NCBI GenBank assembly: GCA_002633005.1
Contig: NMRA01000034.1
Location: 407,696 to 471,695, forward strand
DNA: 64,000 bases
DNA from: Phoronis australis
Lineage: Eukaryota > Animalia > Phoronida
Direction of reading: 5' to 3'
The first letter of the stretch is position 1. Each line of letters opens with the position of its first letter. Positions 24,820 through 37,289 of this stretch are shown piece after piece. The position numbers and the translations under genes were made by a program. The notes under the pieces are model-generated. The model made no database searches, was not told the origin of the DNA, and worked only from the letters and a program-made list of their open reading frames with translations.

Positions 24820-24858
24820 GATCCTGATGATGTCTTATGAAAAGACGAAACGTTGAAT
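24820..24858 (+). ncRNA. Minimal hammerhead ribozyme (Penelope 3' pLTR)
   Basis: CTGATGA (24824-24830), stem II GTCTT/AAGAC, GAAA (24847-24850), palindromic ACGT in place of stem III; an inverted copy lies at ~23531-23569. Confidence 0.78.
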
Positions 24859-26255
24859 TGAACATGAACTTTTTTATTTGTGCGGCGATTGTCCGGTTTT
24901 TGATCTTATTGTGGCCAAAAACTGATTTAATTTATTCTATATTTTGGTCATGACCATGGATATAGAGTGTCTATACATGTAGTGTTCTATTTCACATTAT
25001 GGTCATGACCATTGATACAGAGTGTCTATACATAGCGTATCTATATCTATGGCCACGACAATCAGTATAACCAAAAAAATAGAAAATAGAACCTGTAATT
25101 CGTTTAACCACGGGGTGAGATGAACTCTTTATAGAATATTTTTTTCTATTTTGTTTTAATATGTCTTACAACTTGAAGCTTGTAATGCACCAAGGCCAGT
25201 CAATGAATGTATATTGTGTTTAATGAAATACCTTTAGGCAATCATTAGTTTCAACAGAATTAATAAAGTTTAACTCGTGGCAGTATTACGTAGCGTTTTA
25301 AGACACATGTTCATATTGACGTCATTCAGCATTGAATTGCAAAATCCAATGCTCCAACGCCAAGGATATTTGTCAAGTTTGATATATGTAACCCCCCTCT
25401 TCTTGCAATAGCTAACTACACATGGTTTTTACAAAGTTCTAATGTTTCAATTTATGTTTAGCAACTATAAGAGGCGAGACGTGATGTTATTACAAAAATT
25501 CATAAGCTGTAATAGAATTGCTGCAGGACAGGGGATTGAACTGGAACCATGTTGTACAACACTTCGGGGCGGCAGGTGGCGCCGTTGGATTATTAATGAA
25601 GATGCGTTAGCCTGACTTAAATGATTTTATTTAATATTTCTGATGCTAAAATTTTCAACTGGCCGATCATCACCGATTGTTGTGTCCATCCCCCTTCTGG
25701 AGAGGAGGCCGCACGAGACAAATCTCCCTCCGTCCTAGCTACATGTACGCTACTTAGGCTGTACACAGAAATTCGTACCCTGACTGTTGCGTACTTCGGT
25801 ATGCACTATACATGTACATTGTTCGTTACTAGTTCAAAGGCTTAGTTTTGACCCCTTATATTTACCGTCTATCTATATGTACTTGTACGTAACAAAATAG
25901 CTAGACATTGTGTACTCTTCGTCTTCGTCACTGTTTTAATCATATTTTCTAAATTTAGAATATGTAATGCTTATGTAAAAATCTTGCACTTGCATTTTGG
26001 TTGATGTGAATTCTTATGAGACTAATCATCGTCCACATATATCAGTCTGATCATCGTTTACAATCTTATTCTTAGAATTGTTTTTGGTCAGTGGCAAGAA
26101 CTCGTATAAATTACTGGTGAAAAAACTTAGATCTTATATTATACCAATCGCAAAATTAATATTAATTCAAGATCTTATAACATGTCATAATATTGGTAGA
26201 AATAGTCGAAATTAATCTCTTTTAAAGAATCATTTTGCTCGATTTTACTAACCAA

Positions 26256-26518
26256 AATTGCTTGTGTAAACCTGCCGTGCACACGCACACATAGTGCCTG
26301 TATACACCAGTCGTGCACGTGCACTGAGAAATTGTGCCTATGTACACCTGTTGTGCCCGCGGAGATATAGTGTCTGAGTACACCTGTCGGCACGTGCAGA
26401 TATTGTGCCTGTGTACACTTGTGCAAGCGCAGATCAATATAGTGCCTGTGTACACATGTCGTGCACGCGCAAATATAGTGCTTGTGTACACATGTCGTGC
26501 TCCCCCAGATATAGCGTC
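26256..26518. repeat. ~36-bp minisatellite, ~7 copies
   Basis: Unit ~ATAGTGCCTGTGTACACATGTCGTGCACGCGCAGAT starting at ~26291, 26331, 26367, 26402, 26439, 26475. Confidence 0.9.
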
Positions 26519-26951
26519 CTTTCTTGGTCAGTTGTAAAAAATATGCTGAAAAGTCCGGACCGCTCGCGCAAAATGGAGAATCTTGACCTACATTCTACAG
26601 CTGCTGACGTCATACCGCCGCTGTAACGGTGCTTCACGCTTTGTTTATGCTGTCAGCTGTTATTAATCATGGCCACCAACATGTTTGTAGTGCATGCTAG
26701 TAGCTGTGATCAGATCTTTAAATACATGTAGATACCAGTCTTGCCTTAGAGTTGACAATGCAAGACAGCCAATTCCAGCCGTGAACCATTTTAGCTGCCC
26801 TGGTGTCCGTCTGATGGACCGTTAATTTTGTTGGCTATCGAAACACTGAAGACCGAAAATATCTAAACACATTAAAACATGAACATTGCCATGTATAATT
26901 CAAGTATAATTTAAAAAACATGGATTTCAACCTAATTAAAAGTTGTGATTG

Positions 26952-27024
26952 CATGGGCGGCACACTATAATAGGGCGCTGGGAGAGCCATGGCCCCCACT
27001 TTTTTCAGTACTGCGCCGCCCATG
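26952..27024. mobile_element. 73-bp MITE with 5-bp TSD
   Basis: TIR CATGGGCGGC / GCCGCCCATG; perfect TSD GATTG on both sides. Confidence 0.8.
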
Positions 27025-27253
27025 GATTGGTCAGTGAGTTGCCGAAACCTCTGGCGGAAAGTGGGTTTATAGCCGCTTTAAAAGCTGGTGTGGTGGCAAA
27101 GACAAGATTCACATGCTCTCCCAAAGGTTTGCAACATTGTAGACTATATATAAATATTCAAATATAAATTTCACCTCACTGCCTCAGCCCAACAGAAAAC
27201 GCTGAATAACACCGTAATGGTCTGTTATAACGCCCCGATTTTTGGTAACCAGT

Positions 27254-27979
27254 TTTATGATCGACATATGTCCCGGATAATAAATAAATGATACGTGCGT
27301 CGCAAGGTCGTTACCAGACATGAAAAGGAGATTGATGTAGGCGATATAAGGTCATTTATTATGACTAGTACAATTACAATAAAATGAATACAGGTAAATA
27401 ACGTATTATAGGTAATCTCTGGTAAGATGGGCAATAAAAAGCGCCGGCCACGTGGAAGTACGAGAGAATGACGAAAAATGGGAGGAACAGGGTGGGAAAA
27501 TTGAATGAGTTTTTGACGTACAACAATGTGGCCGGAACAAAGTGAACTGAAAGTGAGGTTACAATAACAAAGAAAAAACGCCCCTAAAGACACGTGACAA
27601 TCATCAGCCTATAAGAGCCAAGAGCTGACCAAACTCGAGGCACGTGATAACAACAGACCAATGCGAAGGCTGGAAAAACGACGCGTAGTCCTACACAAGT
27701 GAATAATGGAATAGACCGAGATGAGGGGGAAAAGGAGTAAGGCGGGTCCATATGCTCACATAAATATATTTAACGAGTGAAATACCATTTATGATCGACA
27801 TATGTCCCGGATAATATATAAATGATACGTGTGTCGCAAGCTCGTTACCAGAGATGCCAAGGAGACTGATGTAGGCGATATAAGGTCATTTATTATGACT
27901 AGTACAATTACAATAAAATGAATACAGGTAAATAACGTATAATAGGTAATCTCTGGTAAGATGGGCAATAAAAAGCGCC
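27254..27979 (-). mobile_element. Isolated B-A-B terminal repeat block of an Ngaro-like element
   Basis: 192-bp near-identical direct repeats (27254-27445, 27788-27979) around a 342-bp purine-rich spacer; shares TGTAG..GATA.AAGGTCAT..TATTATGAC with the B repeats at 10378-11052. Confidence 0.65.
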
Positions 27980-28589
27980 ACAAGAGATGTTGTAAGACAG
28001 CTCATGCCCATCTTTCCACTGAACAACGGGTATATGAAATTGGTTCTCAAAATACCGGCATGTAATATCAGACTATTGCCGAATATTACAAACTAGGCAA
28101 AGGCTTGAACATCTTACCGAAAGAGGTCGGCAGCCTGTTTAATCTCGTTTTGAATATACCCGCATTTACTGAGGCCGAGCAAGCACTACAACGTAGATTT
28201 TCTGAACACTTTCATCTTAATTAATTCTCATATGTTGTAAATAATTATTACAAAATGGGTGTCAAACAAAGAGTTGATTCTACGTGGGACACAAAGATAT
28301 CTTTTCCACACAAATTCACCACTCATGAGGGACACTTTCTGTGGTTCATGAACTCTCGTGACCTAGCTGTGGCTAATTTTACACCAGCCGTGTGACGTCG
28401 GTCAGCAGCAGAATGTAGGTCAAGGTGCTTGGTCAAGATTCCCCATTCCCGCAGTTGGGACCAGTGTTGGAACTTCAGCGAGTAATAAGTGCTAATTTTG
28501 CTTCATTTGGAGTCGAAGTTAATTCTAATTGATAATGCCAACTGGCGCGACGTATTCCGAACTATGACATCTTTCTGAAAAAATAATTG

Positions 28590-29930
28590 TTGCGAGTAAA
28601 GAAGACTTTTTGAATCAACCTTTGTGGTTTAATGGTAACTTAGGTATTGGAGGCAGACGTGTTTCTTATTTATAAGTCTTAGTTTGTAAAAGGCTTAAGA
28701 TTTATCAGAGATATGTATACCTCTAATGGCGATTTCGTTAGTTTAGACCATATCATAAATGGGTTCGATGTAAAAACTAACTTTGTAGAAAATATTAGTG
28801 TTGTTTCTGTACCAAGAAGGTTTCAAAAAAGTCTATTTCAAAGTAACTTTAAAAGTGTAAACGCCTATTCTCCTTGCATGCCTTTAGCAATTACTCATTT
28901 AGGGAAAGATGTGAAGGGTTGTAGACAAATTCTGTTGTTTCTTAAACGGCCTTAAGAAATCTGAGTCAGAGTGTAAATGGGAAATACAGTTAAGAGTTTA
29001 GATTGGAAGAAAATATGCGCATTGCCTTATGAAATTACAAAGGCCCCAAACATTAGATGGCTCCAACCCGCCTGAGATGAGCAAATTTTGCCACAGGGCA
29101 TCTTGTGATAAAAATGTTTACTTTTGATCTGTTGAAGTATGCTCATTTAGATTGTTCTGCGTATTTGGGGGCAGTAAAAGATTTTCTCTTTTTTGTCATT
29201 GCTCTATCCAAGCCCTGTATCTTACAAACGTGTTATTGTTGGACTTTATGGGCATAAGCGGATTTAGAGGGGCAAGTGCCTGGGCCCCACCCCCGTCGGG
29301 TGCCGCCAAAAAATAAAGCAGCAAGAGCTTGAGGAAATATTGAACTTATTAACCAACCCCGGTAATTAACATGCGGCTGAAACAATATTTTGTAGTTTGT
29401 GGATGGGGGGACTCAGACCCCATTGCGGGTTTCCGAGAGAGACCACCGGCATCCAGTTTCCCTTTTTTGTTGGTTCGTTATTTTTGTGAGAGATATATTT
29501 TAGGCTGGGTATGCGAATACAGTCGTGCTTTGCACGCTTACCCGAGACAAAATGCTGGGCCCTCCTTATGATATCCTAGATCTGCTTATGGTGGGACACA
29601 TGATTTTCCATTTAACATTTTGCTGTTACTAGCCAAACAGTACACATACAAGAAGAAATGCCACAAAAATATACTTAATATTCCCAACTATGCTTATGAG
29701 TACTATAATGCTGAAAATTAATTACAAATAAACATTTTGTATGTGACATCTTCTCTGGGAAATGGGAAAATCTTATTGTTCAAGTTAACTTCACTTAGCA
29801 GTTGTGTACTTTATACGAGATAGAAGAATGGCCTCTCCTGACGTGTGCATGCGTGAATGAATGGATATATTTGTTTCTTTGTTTTTTATACTTGTTTATC
29901 ACTGGTTATAAACATCTGAGAAGAAAAAAG
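28590..29930 (+). mobile_element. L1/Tx1-like LINE 3' fragment (decayed)
   Basis: QPLWFNGNL, KGLRFIRDMYTSNGDFVS, and VGLYGTHDFPFNILLLLAKQYTY (restored after removing the MITE at 29253-29590). Confidence 0.65.
29253..29590. mobile_element. MITE with CATAAGCGGATTTAG termini
   Basis: TIR CATAAGCGGATTTAG / CTAGATCTGCTTATG; flanks ATGGG / GTGGG. Confidence 0.7.
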
Positions 29931-30675
29931 AGTTATAGGTAAAGCTGGAATTGCAAAATTCGTGGATTTTTTCTGCTGAAGCAATCATTCAAATCTATGT
30001 TTTGTATAGGTATGCAAATTCTCGTATTAAAAAAGCGCTTCATCACTGAACATGAACCAAGAAAATGGCTTTGCATGGGGTTTCATAGATGTATTTGCAT
30101 GCTCTTAACTGCATGTGTGCAGGAACTAAACGACAATGATATTTAATACGATCCACGCTAAATAAAGTGCAGTTGTTTTCAGTGACAATTTGTAAACGTG
30201 AAACAATTTTGCAAAGAGGAGACCCTCGCACTAATGATATACCTTGCTGGTCCAAATAGCCCGCGTCATGCAGTGTTATTCCCCAGCACCATCTCACGAT
30301 ACTTATTTTGAAGGATTATTTTCGCCAAGAAACACTTAGTCAAAAACATTTGGCAATTTTCAACCCACTTCATATTTACATCATCGCTATATGTTGTGTT
30401 TTTAGCTAATTTGGATATGCAATCGCAGAGATAAGGAATTAGACTGCAATTTCCAGTTTAATATTTTATATAATCCTTGAAACCCAACATGTTTGCAAGG
30501 CAAGAAACTACATTAGGATACTAACAAAATAATATAGAATTGTAGGCATGGTCTTGCACATTAAATTTTTACATCCTTGGAAGACACTGTTTCTGAATCA
30601 ACTTTAGGGGCTAAAATTCGTAGCAGCAGGTCTTTACCTTTTTTGAAGGTCATATTTACTGATGATAAAAGATTT

Positions 30676-31003
30676 TATTCGGGATAAATAAAACAACAAG
30701 AATATTTTAAGTTGTATTGGGAATTTCAGGGTCACAGCTCTACAAATAAATATTTCACAGAAGGAACCAGGTGGGTTCCTTAATTACAAGAGATAACACA
30801 AACATTTCCGATACCCAAAGTGTAATTGAGTATCGGATAGTGGCACAGGTTAGCATAGTACCAAATGGGTACAAAAAGAACAAACAACGCTACTATCGGA
30901 CTTGATAGGAGCTAACTAGGAGTTGGATATGAAGGATGAAGGGGTGTATAATAGTATTTGCCCAAATAATAGGATTTATGTCAGAGTGCCATAAGTCTCA
31001 TTA
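30676..31003 (+). repeat. Dispersed ~325-bp repeat
   Basis: High identity, same orientation, to 51824-52147 (AAATAAAACAACAAGAATA...GTCAGAGTGCCATAA). Confidence 0.85.
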
Positions 31004-34000
31004 TTACCAATAAGTGAATGTGTTTAATAGTCTACAGCCGACATTGGTGGTAACATTCCCAGTTGCATGCCCTTCGTAATTTCACAACTTTGTTCTTAGT
31101 TCCTGTTTTACAACTTACTGTATGTTTACATAGTAAAGGCACTGGCAGTGTTCAATATAACTGTACATGTACAAAATGGAGATGTCCTATAACTGTATCT
31201 TTTTCAGTAGCGTAGATTTTTATAGCTTCATTTTACAGAAAGAATTGGCTATACAATGTACAATGACACTTTGTCTTGCTTCAATTTGGACCTTGCATAT
31301 AAGTATTTGTTGCTTTCGTTGCAGACCAGGTATCTGACGAATCAGACTCAGATGAACAACATGCCACTGAATACGACACAGAAGGTATGTGTACTAAATT
31401 ACTTAACATTTTTAAGTGACCTTGTTGGTTATTTATAAAATATATTTCTTGCATGCTGTTGACGGTTAAAGTTAATTTCACGTGCTGTTTACTAACAGAT
31501 GTTTATGAATTCTAAACTGAAGCACTATGGGGTTTTATAATCACTACCACGCTCGTCTGTATCACTCAATTATTCTATTCTTTCTATCTATTTTTCTGAC
31601 ATATCATTTTTTTAAATAATATGGAAGTAGAAAAATCATTTTTGATAATAGAGATTTAACTTATGTAAGTTTGCTTTCTCCTAGTGAAACCTCCAGCAGC
31701 AACAGAGTATTTAATCTTCCTTCCAGAGTTAGTGCATAATAATTCACCAGTCTGCTTGACATCATTGCATTATCTTTAAAGCTACAGTCAGCCCTGTTTA
31801 CCTGACTAAAAAAGGAAAACAAATTAGGCGCTTTCTTTCACAATCTCATAATGATCCTTAATGTGTGGTCTGTTTTCAAATTCCCAGTTTTAGGATTGAA
31901 CAACCCCAATCCCATGCCTTTTCTTGCCTCCCTCAAGGTTTACAAAACATTTTATAAACCGTATCACGGTAATGAATATTACGTAACCAGTTTGATGAGC
32001 ATCGAAGGTCTAATTCCAATTTTTGACCGCTCAACAGGGCGAACTGCAGTTTCAACTACTTTGCTGCCAGCTAACAAATGGAAAATGCAGTGCAATCCAA
32101 CTGATACTACATTGAGACATTTAACTTTGCTATTCAGAAAAAAGAGGGTTGTCAACATAAACTATGTTTCAAAGGAGGGAAGAAAGTAGTTGTGAAGGAG
32201 TTCAATGACGCAATCAGAAAACAGTGGTGTGGGAAAGGCAATGTGCAATACCTAACATAAAAGAATCCTATTCTAATTAAGAACAGAACCTGGGTTAGAT
32301 TAAATATTTTTGTCAAAATATTCATTGAAAAACAAGAGAACCAACTTGACTTAAATGATTGTTTTGTAAAGCCAAGCGCATTTGAAACCTTAAGTTGAAT
32401 AAATGTAGACTGTTATGAAGTTTGAAACGCAATTGAGCTCTATAATTTTTTTAATAATTCATTTGTTGAATATTAAACTCTGAATGAAATGAACTTGCCA
32501 CAGTGTTTGGCCTTTGCTGCATAGAACTGTATATTATTCGTTATTCAAGTAAATTTTGAATCTCATGTACAGGTCCATTTCTGTCATTCTTTAACCATTT
32601 TCAGAGATAAAATATAATAAACCTTGCCTTACACTACTGGCGGAATTAGCGTGAAGGTTTGTAGTGTTAGATACAAGATCGAATTGTACTACATACGTTG
32701 CACAACCGAGATTATTATAACAACAAGAGGAGTCTGTATCACAAAATAATGACTCGGAAATATTGATCGCTGATGAGTTAGATATGACATAATCTGTACC
32801 GACCGTATAATAACGAAAATGCAATGTTTTTTCCATAATTGGGTGTTTGAAGTAACCCAACTTTCCCCATGGTCGCGCAATTTGGTGAACCCACTCTGTT
32901 GTGTTTCATTTTGAACCGAATCTGAATAAACATAATAATATATATTACATGGAAGCTAATTAGGCTAGTTCGCAGCATGTATTGATGTGGTCAGTTGGCC
33001 GCATGTGTCATGGCCATGTAGTCGTTATTGTGTATTCTGGTGTTGTAGACAGCTGACAAGGTGTATCCTGGTCATGTAGTCAGTTGGCAGCGTGTGTCTA
33101 GTAGCTAGTGTCAATCTTGAGACTCTTGCAGTCCCATGCAAACTTTTACCTAGCTATAGTCACTCTAACCCTATGTAGCCATTAGGGTCCAAAACTACAC
33201 ATGTAGTCACTTTGTACTCAGGTTACGTACCTGTGAAATGAAATTTTAAAAAAATGAAAATTTTACTTTGCAAAAGAACCCAGTCAGGTACTTCGTGTTG
33301 GTGTCAGCGTACAGTGTATTTGTCAATTGCCCCGCTCTTGGCGTAATGTCTCACTTTTTGAACTTTTCCGCCATCTTGCCACACCATCTAAACGTTCCGT
33401 TTTTTCCTTTTTGATACACGGCCGAATTGAGATGCGTCTATTATCATGTACTATTGTATTTTCCCACGTGACATAGCCGTATTTTCTCGTTCGACTAAAA
33501 AGAATAAACGGGACGTTTCATGCGTTCTTGTGGCCCCGCAATTTCCCATTCAAGTATAAAACAACAACAACAAAAATTCTTCTCGTCCATTTTTGGGTGA
33601 CATCTCCCTTTCGACAAAAAACGCTGTCGGTACATCTTTGTGTGTTGCAGCGAACATTTCCCCACTTACGTTTTGACTTAGACTCGGACGTCGCTCGTTA
33701 TATCTTGAAGTCCCACTTTTCAATGCAGTTGTTCCGCTTTTTTCTTTCTTGGATGTTGACTGTGACAACTATGCAGGCAACAAGTGTTCAATATTGTCTC
33801 TTTCTATGAATATTGCAATTTTCCAGAGTCCACTTTCTTTAGTAGCATAACAATCGTAAAAACATATTTTCTAAAGAAAAGAGTCTTACACCGCAACCAG
33901 TGTGATAAGCTATCCACATTATATTTCAAAGCTACGTGTTTGCCTACTTTTATCTATCAGAAAACTTCGTCAGCAAATTTAGGATAGATACACTAAATGT

Positions 34001-34589
34001 CGCTGCATTCTGATTTCTTACTGAATAACTGTATCAAACTGCACAAAAAGTCCAATTAATTATAATATATAACGATGTACATGTATAATTTTGGATGGAT
34101 GCGTGACTAAATTATCTTCAGCAAGTATGAGAGATCCATATTCTAAAACGTTTGTCTTTATAGGGTAGAAATCTTTTGAATCATTGAAATTTTTCCCCAC
34201 TAATGGATTTAACTAGTCATCTATATAACCTCTCTGGTTCATTTCTTTTTATGTTGCTACACGCTGAACACTATTGGTTTTTAAAATTGAAAGATATTTT
34301 TAAACCAGTCAGGTATGTAAAATGATAATTGCTTATGAATTAAAGTATTCATATTTTGCTTCTGGTATAATCATCAAGAACTGACAAAGGCATGTCTAAT
34401 GATATGACTGTTATGCAATTCGGTTGAAAAACAGCGGGTTGCGAAAAATTTTAATGGCAGTAAATTCCATAGCAAGTACACTCTCCGGAACAAACGAAAG
34501 GGAACAACTGTCACGCATACGCGGCGCAACCTCAGAGGCCGCGAGATCGGGGATGCGTTCACTAACGCAAGGACCTACGCTAGAACCTA

Positions 34590-34829
34590 GCTAAAATCAA
34601 GCCAAAGTCACGTGTTCTCATTTGAAATACACGGCAATATCTCACGAAGTCTCGCGAAGTCTTGCTTTTTAGCGAGGTTCAAGCGGTACTGAACGGGAGG
34701 CGGATTTGGCATTGCAGGGCTAGAGTTCTATGAGTTCAGGTACGCGCTAAAAATCAAGACTTCGCGAAATTACGTGAGATATTGCCGTGTATTTCAAATG
34801 AGAACAAGTGATTCTGGCTAGATTTTAGC
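34590..34829. repeat. Inverted repeat with ~85-bp arms
   Basis: 34590-34674 (..TTCTCATTTGAAATACACGGCAATATCTCACG..) versus 34745-34829 (..CGTGAGATATTGCCGTGTATTTCAAATGAGAA..). Confidence 0.85.
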
Positions 34830-34830
34830 A

Positions 34831-35343
34831 CTCGCTGGTTCCATGTGTGCCGTTAGATGGTAGCCAGCACGCATGTATCACTTAATTTTCCTCCGAAATA
34901 TTTTTTACACCAGCGTTTCTGATTGGCTGGTCGAATTCTCAACAGGCATCGCTTTACGCAAACAAAGTGGCAAGATTGATGGAGGCAGTGTAAATGTGGT
35001 CTCTTATACAGACAAATCTGCGCTTAAAATTCAGGTTCAAGAAATGTGAATCCCGGAAAATTGTGGTTGCGCCTTTTCTGAGTGCATCTTTCTACTGTCG
35101 CTGACTTTTGTTTACGTTGCTTTCCTGTATTCATACGGTATGAATAACACACTAATTAAACCGCCGTGTTTATTGTACATGTATGTGCTTCAAGCACGCA
35201 GCCTATTAAACCTAGTCCGCCAATTTCTCAGTTTGTTGTAAAGCTAACCAATGAATGCCGAGGTTACATCAACCAATGATAAAGCCTACTGCCTGCTACC
35301 TGCATGCTTGCTACCACCTAGCGGCACGCAGGGAACCAGCGAG
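34831..35343. mobile_element. MITE with ~47-bp TIRs and 10-bp TSD
   Basis: CTCGCTGGTTCC.TG.GTGCCG.TAG.TGGTAGC / GCTACCA.CTA.CGGCAC.CA.GGAACCAGCGAG; TSD GATTTTAGCA at 34821-34830 and 35344-35353. Confidence 0.78.
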
Positions 35344-35731
35344 GATTTTAGCATAGAACTCGAACCCTGAACTGCCAACTCCCGCACGTGACCTATGTAG
35401 TCTATTATTAGAACTTACGATCCCGAGACTAGCCGCGAGAGGTTGCATTGAGAATTTCCGGCTGCCTGCATGCGATATGAAAGAGGGCGTCCTTGAAGGT
35501 CGGACACGTGAAGACAACGCTCCGTCAATTATGTTCCTTTATCCTTCAAAAGTCAGACAACCATCGTATTTTCTGCTCAACAGCATTCATTGCAGTGGTG
35601 TCGCTGCCCCTGGCCTTCTGGAAACATTATTTCATGAACATTTCGTGTAATTTGGTGAGTTTTCTCTTTCGAGTTTACAGCTATTCGATCGAACATTACA
35701 TATCGCCATTGTTAGTTTCTCTCAAACCCCC

Positions 35732-37285
35732 TGCAGCCGATTTCATAAAGGTGGTTTAAAGTTAAACCTGGTTTAAACTGGACTTAGACCAGGATAATCT
35801 GCTTTCCACAAAGGTGGTTTAACTTTTAGACCAATGGTCTAGTAAAACCTGGTTTAACTCCAGTTTAGACCTGGTCTAAGTCAGTTTTCATTTCACCAAC
35901 GAGGTATATATTACTTATACCTGTATTAAGATCTTAAACCATGTTTAACTTTAGATTTGGTCAGACCCAGGTTTAATACTATTAAATTTGGCAGACTTGT
36001 ACGATATAGGTGTAACTGGATGATACTGTGGTTTGCATTTACGACGCAGTTTTAGCGGGGGAACGGACTATTTTTAATATTCAGTTTCAGGATGACACAA
36101 GATCAAACGTAACAGGGGAGACCAAGAATTTTTAAAGGGGAGGGGTCGGATGAAGGATTTTGAAAAGGAGGGTCGGCGTCAACAATTTAAAAATTATAGA
36201 TTTCATATCATTAAAATAAGGAAAAAGGGGGCCGGGACCCCCTGAACCCATGGATCCGCCCAAGTATACGTACATGTAGACCAGTACGTACTGAAGGGTA
36301 TCCTTTGGATTCCTCAGAATATTGCGGTTCGAGCAGAGCGTCATCGTCGCAGGCGCTACGCGTATGACTAAAAAGGCATCTAATGATTATTCTGACCGAG
36401 TTTCATCTCAATTGATCCCCGATTTAGGTTGCCGGGCAGGGGTCCTGTCTGCCCCAATGGCGGATTTAGTGGGGGGCCATGGCTCCCCTAAAATTATCCC
36501 AGATTGCATTTGGCAGTTCCGGGGGTGCGAATGTCTGGCGGGTAAAATCCTAGTTATTTTACTCTGCTCTGACCCCCCAAAACTCAAAATCCTGGATCCG
36601 CCCCTGTGCCTGCCCTTTTACCTCAAAAAAGTAAAATGACACCGAAACAAATGTGTGCATTTACTTTTACTATGTTGCAGTTAATAGTGAGCAAGTACTT
36701 TAATGTGTGTACGTGTGTTGTACACAGACAATACAAAATTATAAATATCTCCTATCTTAGATCTGTAAGTGGGTCCCTCGCCGTTTTTCTGGGTACAATT
36801 TTTCATTGATGAAATTTTCTTTCTGGCCTTTATTCTGGAGCCATATCTCTGCAAGCCTGCTGCATACGTTGACTAGATTTGGCATCTATTTTCTTGTTGT
36901 GGACTATGACATAGCATTTTTCTGCGATCAGTTATGGGAGGGAACATTTTTCCTCGTGAGAAAAGCTTTTAGCCCTTCTTCGCAACTGTGTGCACTGATT
37001 CTACTCAGTGTTGTGTGCCCTTGTGTACCCATATGATCAATGTTTCATTGAAGCACTTCAATAGTTTCTTTGTTGGGTTAATCCAAATAGACATAGTAGG
37101 GTGGCTTGGATACTTTAAACCTGGTTTTACTAAACCGGCTACACGGTCAAACAAAACCAGGTTTTCAGACTTATAAACCATGTTGGTGAAATGCAAGTTA
37201 GGTCTAAAATTAGACCAGGTTTAGGAAGACCAGGTTTAAGTCTTAAACCCGGTTTTGTTGAACCACCTTTATGAAATCGGCTGCA
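35732..37285. mobile_element. PIF/Harbinger-like non-autonomous element
   Basis: Perfect TIR TGCAGCCGATTTCATAAAGGTGGTT / AACCACCTTTATGAAATCGGCTGCA; subterminal arrays of AAACCTGGTT/AGACCAGG; TSD not clear; carries nested small MITEs (~36113-36264, 36455-36606). Confidence 0.75.
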
Positions 37286-37289
37286 AAAG

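Larger units (their letters stand above)
23527..24932 (+). mobile_element. Penelope-like element family 2 with inverted 5' pLTR
   Basis: 23527-23698 is the reverse complement of the 3' pLTR 24690-24862; TSD TATTC(A/T)ATATTTT at 23514-23526 and 24933-24945. Confidence 0.92.
23430..25060 (+). repeat. ~57-bp palindromic tandem repeat split by a Penelope insertion
   Basis: Unit ~TAGAGTGTCTATATATGTAGCGCGCTATTCTATATTTATGGTCATGACCATGGATA at 23430-23526 and 24933-25060; other copies at 15712-15781 (+) and ~17962-17993 (-). Confidence 0.75.

Noticed and set aside
26256-26518. CRISPR-like ~36-bp periodicity
   Set aside because: Units are contiguous and degenerate with no unique spacers, there are no cas genes, and the DNA is eukaryotic; it is a minisatellite.
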